Both the position numbers and the translations under genes were made by a program. DNA of 64,000 nucleotides from the NCBI RefSeq assembly GCF_964355755.1, contig NC_092674.1, positions 16,430,001-16,494,000 on the forward strand. The letters run 5' to 3'. Every line of letters begins with the position of its first letter. Positions within the stretch are counted from its first letter, which is position 1. Below the pieces are notes generated by a model that saw nothing but the letters and a program-made list of their open reading frames with translations, had not been told where the DNA came from and did no database searches. This DNA comes from Antedon mediterranea. Taxonomy: Eukaryota; Animalia; Echinodermata. Positions 36,690 through 49,475 of the stretch are shown one piece after another.

Positions 36690-39600
36690 GTTCAACACTT
36701 CCAGAATGCATCAACTATCTTCTGTACATATTCTAATCTATCTCTGGGGTTCTTGCTTGGCCGGAATGGTCCTTGGGGTACTCTACTAGATGGTGGACGT
36801 AATAAGATATCGTTGGGGCGGATATATTTACCATCATTTGGAATTCTTCTAATAGGACGTTCGTTGACTAGGTTGGCTATTTTTTGAAAACAGGTATGAA
36901 GCTCAAATGGCGTCAGTTTCTGTTCACCAGGCTACGGCTTTCTTCAGTGCCAACTTGCAGCTTTTTACTAGTGCTTCCGCGCACCCCCATTTAGTGTGGA
37001 GCGAGTGGGGTGGTGAATTTCTAGAGTACTTGTTGTTCAGCACAAAATTCCTCTTTGGTTCAACCTTGGATCATTTGTCGAAGTTGTCTTTCAGCACCAA
37101 TAAACTGTGTACCATTATCGCTCTGGATCATTTTCGGCTTTCCTCGGATTGCAAAGAAATGTCTAAGTACTAACAGAAACTACATCGTAGAACACTCGGT
37201 TGCTACTTCCAGGTGTACAGCTCGGGTGTTGAGGCAGGTAAAGATGACTCCATAATGTTTCGGCTAATTTTAACAATATAAGGCCCGAAATAGTCGCATG
37301 CTGTATAATAGAAAGGTGGTGTATCAGAAGCCATTCTTTCTACAGGAAGATCAGCCATAAATTGCGTCTCAGTTTTGTGTTCCATGGTTCTGCATTTTAC
37401 ACAACAAAATTTATTCTATTCGTCTTAGCTAAATTCGTCACACCCATTATCCAGTATCTGATTCGGACTTTAGCAGCTGTGGTAGCGACTCCGTAGTGAC
37501 CCCGCTCGTGAACATTCCGGGTAATCAGATAGGAAATATGGTTATCTCTTGGTAGTAATACTGGATGACATTGGTCTTACGACAATAGACTTTTCGAAGC
37601 TCTTTCTCCTACGTATATTAACTTATCTTTAAGGAACGGGCTTAATGATTTCAACTCTTCTTTCTGAATTCTGGCATTAAGTTGTTTCTGAGCATAAAAA
37701 ATCCAGTACTTTTCCGCCATGTTTAATTCTTCCGCAGAAAGAGAACCCTCATTTATACTGTATTTCGCCTTCGGTTTCGCAATAAATCTAAAAACATGGC
37801 GATGTTGTTTTCTCCTGGTATATGACGCCAATCAGATGGGTCAGTATGACCTTGAATTTCGGCAACTCTGTTTGCTACAAATGACTTGTAGAGTCTAGAC
37901 TGACCTCGGATCCAAGACAAAACTATTATACTATCCGAAAAGAATACAACTCGGTCAAAACTCACTGTCATCTCTTCTTTAATCGTACTGTACAGTCTTG
38001 ATGCAACAACAGCAGCTTGTAATTCTAATCGAGGCATCGACAGCTGTTTCAGTGGAGCTACACGGGATTTGGCGGAAATGAATCTGACTTCAAATTTATG
38101 CTCCGTATCTTCCCATCTAGTGTGTGCAACCGAGCCAAAGGCATTCTCGGAAGCATCACAAAAGACAATTAATTCAGGTGGTTTGAAGCTGGAATTAGAC
38201 AACAGGCATCTTGGAAAGGAAACATTATCTAAGTCTGCTAATTCTGTAAAGAATTGTCTCCATTCGGCTTTATTATTCTCATTTAAGTCGTCATCCCAGT
38301 CACACCCTTGCTGCCACAGCTTCTGCTTCAAATTCTTTCCCCTTATCGGGAATGCCGTAGCAATTCCCTTGGTAAGTACATTTTCTGGAAATGAGTCAGG
38401 TTCAACTTTATAAAGCAATAGGTCGGTGGTAGGGTACCATACTACCCCCAGAAACTTCTGTTCTAACTCGTCACTCAGGACCGATTTGTCATTTAGTTGT
38501 TGATTGGTAGGTGAGTTGTTAATTTGACCATTGGATATCCCTTCTTTGACTTGAAAGCCTCCTGTTTTCAGCACCTGGTCGATGTCTGTTGATAGTTGTT
38601 CTGCAGAGTTAACATCGAACACTGACGTCAGTATGTCATCCATATAACTGTCATTGGTGATAACTTGAGCTGCTTCTGGATGAGTCTCCTTATTAACTTT
38701 AGCTGTTTTCTCAAAGCTACTTGAGCCATGGCAGAAGCTGGTTTGTTTGTTAGTTTTAACATAGGTGTTGGCCCTCTTTGCTTGATTGCAGTCACGCCAT
38801 AGAAATCGATGGACTTGCTGATCGCTCTCGGGTATAGATATACGATGATACATCTTTGAAATATCAGCAGCTAGTGCGATTTTCTGTTGCCTGATTTTTA
38901 ATATTTTTTTACAGATTATTAAGTAAGTCAGGACCCTTCTCCCAAAACTCGTTCAGTGCTTGACCATGAAATTTAGCGGGATGCATTGAAGACAATTCTT
39001 ACAGATGTCTTCTTCTCTGATCTAATAACGGCGTGGTGTGGTAGATAACATATTGGTCCATCATAAGCCGCTATTTCTTTCTGTGATAGTTTCCAGGAAA
39101 AACCTAATTATATCATTTCTTCCATTTGTTGCTGATAGCATTTCATGTGTGATAGGTCTTTCTTCAGTCGATTCTCAGTCGAGACTAGCATTCTCTCTGC
39201 AAGCAATTGGTACTTGCCACTTGTCTCCGACCTTTTTACAGGACTCCCACATCACGTTGTACTCTTGTCTCTCAGAAGGTGTCAACTTTAATTTATCAGA
39301 TGGTGATTGATTACAGGAACAATTTGGCAACTGAACCCCCATTTCTTCTGTTCTCTAAAACTTAGTTAGATCGGTCTTCTCAGTTAAGTTGATTGTTAAC
39401 AAAGTCATATTATGTTTGTGGTGGTTGTTGGATGACCCAAATGTTACCCAGCCTAATGGTGATTTTCTGAGTGAGTAAGTAGCCATAGTGGTCTCCCCAC
39501 TATGCATCATAGGATAGTCTACACCAATTAGAACATCAACAGCACCATCTCCTCGGCTCAACGTACAGTCTAACTCTCGTTCTAAACTCTTAATGACATT

Positions 39601-39770
39601 CTTGTTGGGCTTTTTAACCTTGGCTATCTCAGAAACTCCAATAGCAGATATTGTATGTTCTTTCTGGTTAGCTAAGATGGGCTTGAATTTCACCTCCTAG
39701 GGTACCAATGTCAATACTTATTGGTTTTCCTTCCAGGTTGAGTCCCTCTGCTACAGTTTGTTGAATTAAC
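36690..39770 (-). mobile_element. BEL/Pao LTR retrotransposon internal fragment (PR-RT-RH-INT), no LTRs recognised
   Basis: VDVLIGVDY..KSPLGW; ADISKMYHRI..QVHRFLWR; DSYMDD; VFCDASENAFG..SAKSRVAPLKQLSMPRLEL; MADLPVER..ACDYFGP. Confidence 0.92.
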
Positions 39771-40094
39771 AGAAAAGCAAAAGCAATTAAAATGATTATA
39801 CAGATAATGATTAATTAATAATATAAAATAATTATCAAAGCATAAGATGGTGATCACACAATCAAAATACATAAAGCAATTCAAGACTTACAAATATAGC
39901 TGAGCCCAAGGCTATTAAAAAAGTAATATTAAACGATCGTTTAATAGTGCGTACTATTGCACGCCATGTGACCCACAATCGTCCAATCAAATGACAGGAC
40001 TTTATTTAGGTGTTATATAAAAAGCTTTACTTCATGATCAAAAACCATTTTTCCATCATTTCCAGTTGCTTCTTTAGTTGACAGATTAAAGAGT

Positions 40095-40990
40095 AGCTTG
40101 TATATCTTACTTGAATCTTACTTGAATCTTCGGGCTCATGATTAAGGCAAATGCCCTTTAAACGCCCTCCATTTCTTCTGTATTTAACTAGAATTGGTAG
40201 CAAAATTGATCTCCCATTGCTCTGTCTTTGTTTAGGTGGTCCTTGAATGCATTAATGTTTTCTGCTTGTACTGTAGTGTGGTATAGATTGTTCCATGTGT
40301 TGAAGATTCTACTTGAAAAGGAGTGGCTTCTGATTTTCAGTCGGGCTCTTGGCTTTCTTAATTTGAATTGATGGCCCCTTGTTCTACTGTCCTCTATAAA
40401 ATCAAAAAACACTTGTATAATGTCCGCTCTCCTTCTTCTGTAATTCAGTGTCCAAGCTCTTTTAATCTCTGATTGTAAGATTTATCTCGTAACTTTTTGA
40501 CAATTTTAGTGGCCCTACGCTGCACTCTTTTAAGCTTATCCAAATCACCTTTTAGGAGAGGGTACCATATACAGCTTGCGTATTCCAGATGGCAGGAACA
40601 TATCCTTATCCATGTAAGCAAAAGATCGCCTTACCAGCCCAATGAGTCTATTTCCTTTATTTACAACTTCATTCGTTTGTAGTGAAAATTTAAAGACTGA
40701 TCAGAAGTAACTCCACGGTCCTTTTTAGTATTGGCATTTGGCAGATCCTCGTCACCTTCCTCTGTTGGGATAGTGTATTTCATTTGTGGATTTGAATTTC
40801 CATAACGTATTACTTTACATTTATTGATGTTGAATTTCAGCTGCCATCTTTTAGACCCATCAGATAATGCCTTGAGATCATTTTGAACTGTATCATTTCT
40901 GTTTTCATGCACAACATTAAACATCTTAGTGTCATCTGCAAACATCCATACTTTAGATTTAACTGCATCAGGTAGGTCGTTTATGTAATC
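40095..40990 (-). mobile_element. CR1-type LINE 3' fragment
   Basis: YINDLP..MFADDTK, WQLKFNINKCKV, SRTRGHQFKL..FSSRIFNTWN; (ATTCAAGTAAG)n tail. Confidence 0.85.
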
Positions 40991-42069
40991 TTGTTTTACT
41001 TTACAAAAAGAAAAAGTATTATTGGTTGAGATAGGTTTTCTGCAATTTAATTGATTATTATTTTTAGGAATATTTTCATCCAGTTTAGGTCCTATATTAG
41101 CAAAATAAGAGTTTAGCAATATTACAGATGGGGTTGATTCAAGACCATTCTCTGTCTTGATTTTTATTAATGTCAGAGTTTTTCTGTTTACTCGGAACTG
41201 TATAATTAGGTCACAAATAAGACGAAAGTAACTGGCAAACTAGATGAACATTTATTTTGTAAAGCTTCATTTTGTAGCATGTCCACGTGCGAGATATGAA
41301 AAGCCAAAAGTGCCAAATGTATTATAGTATAATGTTACAATAATGATACAGGAACAATGTATCTTATATTTTCCCATATGTTCTTAGAGTTATTTTCTGC
41401 AAAATAAACTTTTTTTCAATTTTTAATTAGCAAATTTAACAAATTTCTTTGTTTTTAAAATTTCTTCCACACTTGAGAGGAGGGTGATTTGTTAAATTTC
41501 TTTTTTAACTTGTCTCTTGATTTGGATATGACAAACTAGTAATAAAAGATTGAACTTGGTGTCCTTACCGCTGTGCTTCTTTATTTTCAGTAGTAAAACC
41601 TACAGCAAAAGTAAACCGAACAATCAATATAACAGAACAGACCGAAGTAATTTAACTACACTTTTCACACTCGGTTGATAGCACAATGGCTATGCGAATA
41701 CGCCATATAACATGTCACTTCTAAAGTAATTATATTTATCCATATGGTTATAACTTAAGGCTAGCTAATTTAACTCACAAGGTCATCCAACAAAAGATGA
41801 ATTGTCAAATCCAAAATAAAATAAAGTAACTTCTGTTTATAACTGTGAATCTATGTACGTACTACATACAGTGCAAAATAGGTGAAAATAACGGAACCCG
41901 CCTTTTATTCCAATGCTTTTAAATGTCATAACTATGACACAAAATATGAAAATACGACTTTTATCATTCAACTGCCCATATGATGACGTCACAACATCCG
42001 ATGCGCTGGCTAAAATGTTTTATCACAGATCGAATACAACGTACAGTGTATCATGGGGAGTTTTCAGAA

Positions 42070-43378
42070 TGGACCAGTGTACTTTCTGGGGTCCCTCAAG
42101 GCTCAGTAGCTGTTTAACATCTACATGAATGATCTTCACCTCCATCTAAAAAGTGAACTTCACCAATTATGCTGATGATACTTTCATTTTTCGAACTATA
42201 AATTCAAATGATGACTCCAAACACCAGCTACAAGATGATTTAAACTCAATTACGAAATGGTCCAATGCAAACATGCTGACTTTGAATCCTGAAAAAATGT
42301 CAAGTGTTATCAGAAAAAGAAATCCTACCATACCTGTCTACAAAATACTGGACAAGGAACTAGAGTGTGTGCCACACCTGAAACTTCTAGGTGTTCATAT
42401 TTCATCAGATCTTACATGGGACTATCACATTGCTAAACTACTGCCAGATGTAACAAGACCATTGGATTTATTAGATCCATCTCTGGTCAGATTTGCCTAA
42501 CAGTAATCCTACTGAAATTGTACAAAGCACTTGTTCTGCCTCTCCTCATGTATTGTTGCATTGTATGGTACCCGTATCGCGAAAAGCACAAGTTCACTAT
42601 AGAACAAATACAGCGAAGGGCAACTCGTATGATTTTGCATCAACATCGACTTGAACAGCCATATGACCAGAGAATTCTTCGGCTAAAAATGATGGACTTA
42701 AACTCCCTCAGATATATAATATTAGTATATTATTTGTATGTAAAGCATTAAATATGAACAATGAATACTTAAATGAACTGATTAATATCAATCATTGTCA
42801 TCAGGAAATATTAACATTTAAAAGACTTAAAGCTCGGACTGATAGTGCACTGCATTGCTTACCTGTACGGTTTTGTAGACTTTGGGATACATTACCCGTG
42901 AATTTAAGAAATTATTTTATTCTATTAAAATGGAGTACATCTAAAAGTAACCTAAGGAAACATTACTTACCCGTTGATTAAGTTAATAAACAATTGGAAG
43001 GAAATATTACAGTACTTTGTACTTAATTTATTATTAACTGACATATTTTAATGTAAATTAAAAATAATTTATTTTATAGTTGTTTATTTATAATTTAATT
43101 TAGCATTTACATATATAAACTATAGGCTTAATATAATTAAGTTATTCTTTTAAGATATTAACTTTATCATCATCTATATTATATATTATTTGTAATAATT
43201 AGTCACTGGTTGGAAGTACACACCTAGTTGGTGACAGTGGCTTAGGCTGCTTTTGTGCTTTCCTGGCAGCAGCTAGTGACTATGATTTTATATTTTCTTT
43301 TGCGTTGTGTTTGTTTAATTTGTTTAATTTATATTATATTTTGTAAAATGTATCTTTTGCCTGAATAAATAATAATAA
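42070..43378 (+). mobile_element. Degenerate CR1/L2-group LINE 3' fragment
   Basis: YMNDL..NYADDT, LQDDLN, LKLLGVHISSDLTWD, LYKALVLPLLMYCCIVW; long AT-rich 3' UTR ending AATAAATAATAAT. Confidence 0.8.
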
Positions 43379-43379
43379 T

Positions 43380-44247
43380 GTCAGTCCCTTCCTAGAGATA
43401 ATTAAAATACTTTAATAATGTCCTACTACAACAATTCTGGTCAATTTGATAGCCTACTAGCCCTAGCCCAAGCAGAAATCCCCACCATCCTCTCAAACAC
43501 CCCTCTTCTCAGCCTTTTAACTAACAATAGCTTCAGTCGACTAACAATAGAACAGCAACGCGAAAAACACACACAGGTAAATTTGAAAAGAAATAGGTTT
43601 TTTAAACTACTTACATCAAAAAACCTGTATATTTAATGTAATTAAGTTTTAAAATTACAAATCACAAATTGTAACTTGTTATATACCCCCAGTACCTTTG
43701 TACAGTAGTAGTAAATGCATTGTGATGTATTTTTTTCTTTCTTTCATTTATTTGGCATCTCAATACATAACATTAAAAATACGTCATTGTATTGTACTTC
43801 GACTACTTTTTAACTCTTTTATTCACAAATGTATCATCTTGCATACTGGCACCATAGCTAGACATAACATAACTCTTGACAAGTAGTTCTCGAGAAAATG
43901 AAATTTAAGTTTACAGTACTTGTTAATTTAAGACTGCTCATCGGATTTTGAAAATTCTGTCCAGTATCTTTTAACACTAGCAGGTCTAAAATAATTCTAA
44001 AAAGTGGTCCAGAATTAGGACCGTGGTCCGGATTTTCACCTAAATTGAACAGTGTTGTCCTTGCATCAGGCGACATGTATGGTAGTAATTTGGAGTCATT
44101 CGAATCAAAATTGTGAGCGCTAGAGTGATGACTGACAAACAAACAGACAAACAAACACACACACAAACCGCACAAATCAACATACTTGGCCAATTTTCAA
44201 TTTGGCCAAGTAAGAAACGTACAAACTCTTTTACTTATAGTATAGAT
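43380..44247 (-). mobile_element. Helitron-like 5' portion related to 18585-19629 and to the repeats at 56040-57550
   Basis: Minus strand A|TCTATACTATAAGT start and (GTTT/GT)n; ~43500-44050 is the inverse of ~57130-57480. Confidence 0.55.
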
Positions 44248-44821
44248 GATTCAATATGTATTATTTATTATTACTAGATGGTAAGCTCGCTTCGCTCGCG
44301 TACCATCTAGGTCGTGTCCACAGATGGTTCTCGAATACACAGTAATTTCAGTCAAAAAACTGGCGATTTCAAATGTACGTACCGCAGTTTTCAGAAACGA
44401 ATAAATAGACACGATGATTAATGTAGTCAACTAAAATTAGCACTCTGGGAATTAGGCCTACTTCCGAAGGAGAAACTTGTCTTAAAAATGAGTCCACATT
44501 TTTTATTTAACTCATTTAAACAAACCCAATTTGTGTTTTGTATAATATAACATTAGAGTATTCTTTATCATCCACTCAGTAACGAAATATTGTTTTAAAT
44601 GTTTTATAGGCCTATCAATAATATAACACTAAACACAGTAAAACATTTACGATTTAATACTTTTTTTAAACTGTCCATGTTATAGTCGATTAAAATAGTA
44701 AAGTACATGTAACGATACACCACTACGACGTTTATATTTTGTATAATTATTAATTAATACAAACGTTGAGAAGCAACTGTAAGTAATACAGTTTTTATTT
44801 GTATATGTGTTTATAAATCCA

Positions 44822-45016
44822 AAGGCAAATTACTGAAAAAAATGACAATGCTGTGGGTATCAGTGGCTGGATCTCAATGGAGATACAAAAATAAAAAGCG
44901 AAAAGCTAAATCAAAACGATAAAGTAAACAGCCAGAAAAGTTAGCAGAGCTTTCGGGCAACACTAGCCCTTCATCAGTGCAAGTGAAGGAATTTGGATAA
45001 CATCATAGTATATATA
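44822..45016 (-). mobile_element. Short Penelope-type pLTR insertion
   Basis: Absent from the other family-A copies; flanked by a ~20-bp duplication TATATGTGTTTATA(A/T)ATCCA (44802-44821 and 45017-45036); contains a hammerhead motif. Confidence 0.65.
44944..44980 (-). ncRNA. Minimal type I hammerhead ribozyme motif
   Basis: GCA-CTGATGA-a-GGGC tagtgtt GCCC-GAAA-GC-TC-TGC: intact core, stem II and stem I, palindromic AGCT in place of stem III. Confidence 0.75.
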
Positions 45017-45739
45017 TATATGTGTTTATATATCCAGCAGTAGAGCCACCCACAGTCACAGTAATAAATGTTCTTTGTATATGTTTATATATCTAACATA
45101 CAGTAAGAAAATTTCGATTCAACTGGTGACCAAAAATGGTTAATACGTATTTGCAATATTGTCAAAGTATTGCAATACTATATCTCAGTTGTAATTTTAT
45201 TCTCCAAGGGCCCATAAATTTACCTACTTGTGTTAAACCAAGGGCTCATAAATTTACCTAAAAACTGGGAGTCTAAAAGATTAGAATATTCCATTCATCG
45301 CAAATCAATTCATTTGTATAAACGTATATTAAATCTATCAAAATAGTATTTTTTTTAAAGAAAATCGGGCTGTCTTCAACATTATGATACTGTACTCGAG
45401 CTGTTCAACCGGTTTCAGCTATTAAAAACAATTATCGTAGGAGGAGATAGCAAAATGCGGAGCATCCTCGTATTATTCTGTGCAGGTATTTTTCAAGAGA
45501 ACATCCATTAGACAGTGTATACCACGATCGGAAAACACCCCTATTTGGGGCAAATCGTTGAACCTAAATTCGTTTTAATTGTCAATAACTAATTATCTAA
45601 CTCAATTTAATTAGTAAACAGGGTTACATCAGATGGTTAAAATCAGTACCGAGATTCTAACAAACTTTATATACCATCGAGTAAACCTTATATTTTCGAT
45701 TTTCCAATTTTTTGCCCTTACGTAAATTTATATATAGAT

Positions 45740-48700
45740 TCCACACAGCGTTTTTGGCCCTTTTGGCGCGCCATAGAAACGAAAACAAAGTGTAGTCTTC
45801 ACTCTAGAGGGTCTAGCAAAGTTTACTAACATGACAACAACAACCACCGTACCACCAAAGATCGTAATAGGCCTAGTCCACATAGGAGTAGTTTAGGAGG
45901 ATCGAGTAGGCCTATGCGACGAACAGTGTGATTTCGTTGTTCCTGTAAAGTCATAAATTTAAAGAATTAATTTGTTACTGTCCTTCATCTAAAGTACTTA
46001 TGAAGCCTAATTCTGAGGTTAGTTACCTAGGCCCAGGCTACTAGTAGTCTAGAGAGGGCCTCTATAGAGTCCTCCTCTAGCTAGCTAGGCCTATGTAGGA
46101 TGCTAGTTAAGTCGCCGCTAGGCCTACTAGGCCTAGGCTAGTACTACTTTTGCACCTCGTCTTTAATTTCTACGAAAGCCCATTAATGCCATTTGAAGTA
46201 TATGTTTTTCGAACGTAATCCGTTCTAACGAATTAGTAATTCGTTTGAACGGATTAATAATCTGTTCAAACGAATTAGTAATCCGTTCAAACGAATTGCA
46301 ACATATATAACAAGTGCCATTTAAAGTATATGTTGTAATTCGTTTAAACGGATTACTAATCCGTTCAAACGAATTACTAATTTGTTTAAACGGATTACTA
46401 ATTTGTTCAAACGAATTACTAATTCGTTCAAACGAATTACTAATTTGTTTAAACGGATTACTAATTTGTTTAAACGAATTAATAATTTGTTTAAACGGAT
46501 TACTAATTCGTTCAAACGAATTAGTAATCCGTTTAAACAAATTAATAATTTGTTTAAACAATTAATAATTTGTTTAAACGGATTACTAATCTGTTTGAAC
46601 GAATTAGTAATTCGTTTGAACGAATTAGTAATCCGTTTAAACAAATTAGTAATTTGTTTTAACAAATTAATAATTTGTTTAAACGGATTACTAATTCGTT
46701 TAAACGAATTAGTAATTCGTTTAAACAGATTAGTAATCCGTTTAAACAAATTACTAATCCGTTTGGACGGATTCCTAATTCGTTTGAACAGATTATTAAT
46801 CTGTTTAAACAAATTAGTAATTCGTTTGAACGGATTAGTAATCTGTTCAAACGAATTAGTAATCCGTTCAAACCAATTGCAACATATACAACAAGTGCCA
46901 TTTAAAGAATATGTTGTAATTCGTTTGAACGGATTACTAATCCGTTCAAACGAATTACTAATTTGTTTAAACAGATTAATAATCTGTTAAAACGAATTAG
47001 GAATCCGTTCAAACGGATTAGTAATTTGTTTAAACGGATTACTAATTTGTTCAAACGAATTACTAATTCGTTCTAACGAATTAGTAATCCGTTTGAACAA
47101 ATTATTAATTTGTTTAAACAAATTAATAATTTGTTCAAACGGATTACTAATTCGTTCAAACGAATTACTAATTTGTTCAAACAGATTAGTAATCCGTTTA
47201 AACAAATTATTAATTTGTTTAAACAAATTATTAATTCGTTTAAACGGATTACTAATTCGTTTGAACGAATTAGTAATTCGTTTGAACGGATTAATAATCC
47301 GTTTAAACAAATTAGTAATTCGTTTGAACGAATTAGTAATCCGTTTAAACAAATTAGTAATTCGTTTGAATGGATTAGTAATCCGTTTGAACAAATTAGT
47401 AATCCGTTTAAACAAATTAGTAATTCGTTTAAACGGATTAGTAATCCGTTCAAACGAATTACAACATATACTTTAAATGGCACTTGTTGTATATGTTGCA
47501 ATTCGTTTGAACGGATTACTAATTCGTTTGAACAGATTATTAATCTGTTCAAACGAATTACGTTCGAAAAACATATACTTAAAATGGCATTAAAGGGCTT
47601 TCGTAAATTTCAACTCCGAATTTGTTAAGTAACTTTATCATGAATACCACACCTTAAAATTAGGCCTCATAAGTACGTTTACTAAGGATAATCACAAAAA
47701 AAGTAACAAATAAATCCTTGAATTTGAAATTGAGGAATTTACAGACGTGTTTCTCGAACACGATTCATGAATTTTGCATAGAGGCCTACTCCATGTTCAA
47801 TAATGTCGTTTCTATGGAGCGCCAAAAGAGCAACTATAATATAGGCCTAGGGCTAATAACTCAGTGGAATGCGTATATATAATGCATTTATTTATTTCAA
47901 TATATTTTATCAATGTCAATACAACTAAAATGTTACTATTGATACTGTAGTACACGGTTTTCGTTTTATTTTTAGACTAAAAATCGACAAATTCATCATC
48001 ATAACATGTACTGTACAGTATGTCCCTCAATGATCTAAATTCTAAATAACGTCCTTCTTAGTCTATGGGCGCTAGTTCCGTTTTGCACCTGTTTTTATTT
48101 TGACTTCAAACATATTGTGAATACCACACCTTAGAATCACAAAAAAGTAACAAATAAATCCTTAAATTGATGATTTTAAAGACATGTTTCTCGCATACCG
48201 TTCGCGAATTTAGCATACTCGAAGTTCAATATTTTCACTTCTATGGAGCGCCAAAAGAGCAGCTATAGTAGATGGTTAAAGACTCAGTGGAATGCGTCTT
48301 CTTTTAATGCATCTATTAATACTGAAATACTGTACACGTTTAATTTAAATATATTTTGTCAATAAAAATGCTTTTCAAATATTGTGCTGTTTTCAAATAT
48401 CAACCGACCCAAATCAGCATCACTACCTAGCCTAGGCCTGAGACTAAGAGGAATATTATTTAGATCATTGAGGTATAAACCTACAGTACATGTAATATGA
48501 TAATGAATTTGTCGATTTTTATTCTTAAAAGTTAACGAAAACCATGTACAGTACAGTATCAACAACATTTTTGTTGCATTGACATTGACAAATATATTAA
48601 AATTGAACATAATTTTCACCAATAAATGCATTAAATATACGCATTATACTGAGTTATTAGCCCTCTATTATAGTTGCTCTTTTAGCGCTCCATAGAAACA

Positions 48701-49308
48701 ACATTGACCATGGAGTATGCGAACTTCACGAACCGATGTGTGTGAAATACGTCTATAAATTCATCAATTTAAAGGATTTATTTGTTACTTTTTGTATGTG
48801 TGATCTCCTTCGTAAAAGTATTTTTGAAGCCTAATTCTAAGGTGTGGTATTCACAATAAAGTTACTTAACAAATTTTGAATCAAAATAAATGACAGGTGC
48901 AAAAAGGAATTAGCGCCTGATGCTGTAGTACACGGTTTTCGTTTTATTTTTCAGAATAAAAATCGAAAAAATTCATCATTAAACATGTATTTCAATAATA
49001 TCAATAGATGCATTCAAACTAGATGCATTCCAATGTGTTTTTAGCCCTCTTTTATAGTTTGGCGCTCTATAGAAACGAAAATATTGAACTTCAAGTATGC
49101 GAAATTTGCAAACGGTATTTATTATGTGAGAAACTTGTCTGTAAAATCATAAATTTAAAGGATTTATTTGTTACTTTTTATATGATTCTTCTTCATAAAA
49201 GTACTTATGAGGCTTAATTCTAAGGTGTGGTATTCACAATAAGTTACTTAACAAGTTTGGAGTTGAAAAGAAGTCGAAATAAAAACAGGTGCGAAACGGA
49301 ACTAGCGC
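45740..49308. repeat. Cluster of alternating direct and inverted copies of one ~300-450 bp repeat (MITE-like arms)
   Basis: GGCGCTAGTTCCGTTT..GCACCT at 48068 is mirrored at ~49286-49308 and ~48895-48918; bodies 47612-48040 and 48460-48918 are inverse homologues. Confidence 0.7.
46171..47605. mobile_element. IS3EU-like non-autonomous foldback element filled with 21-bp palindromic repeats
   Basis: TAC...GTA termini; ~50-bp TIR TACGAAAGCCC(A/T)TTAATGCCATTT.AAGTATATGTTTTTCGAACGTAAT; 6-bp TSD AATTTC at 46165-46170 and 47606-47611. Confidence 0.8.
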
Positions 49309-49312
49309 CAAC

Positions 49313-49475
49313 AAGTATCCCCATCGCAAAGTCGCCCCATCGCAAAGTCGCCCCTGCACAGTCAGTCGACCCATTAAAAAGTTGCCGCATTAGTAAGTTG
49401 CCCCATCACTAAGTCGCCCCATCGCAAAGTTGGTCCAACGCAAAGTCGCCCTATCACAAAGTCACCCCATTGCAA
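49313..49475 (+). repeat. Short array of AAGTCGCCCCATCGCA-like units (probable transposon subterminal repeats)
   Basis: About 8 degenerate 16-17 bp units. Confidence 0.6.

Larger units (their letters stand above)
44274..45738 (-). mobile_element. Non-autonomous Helitron-like family A, full copy (minus strand)
   Basis: Reverse complement homologous to 29469-31525; A|TC and CTAG|T ends; carries a Penelope-type insert. Confidence 0.85.

Noticed and set aside
46163-47628. Many overlapping 76-202 aa ORFs with FKRITNL / LNKLVIR heptads on both strands
   Set aside because: Translation artefacts of a 21-bp palindromic DNA repeat inside a TIR element; not a coiled-coil or LRR gene.
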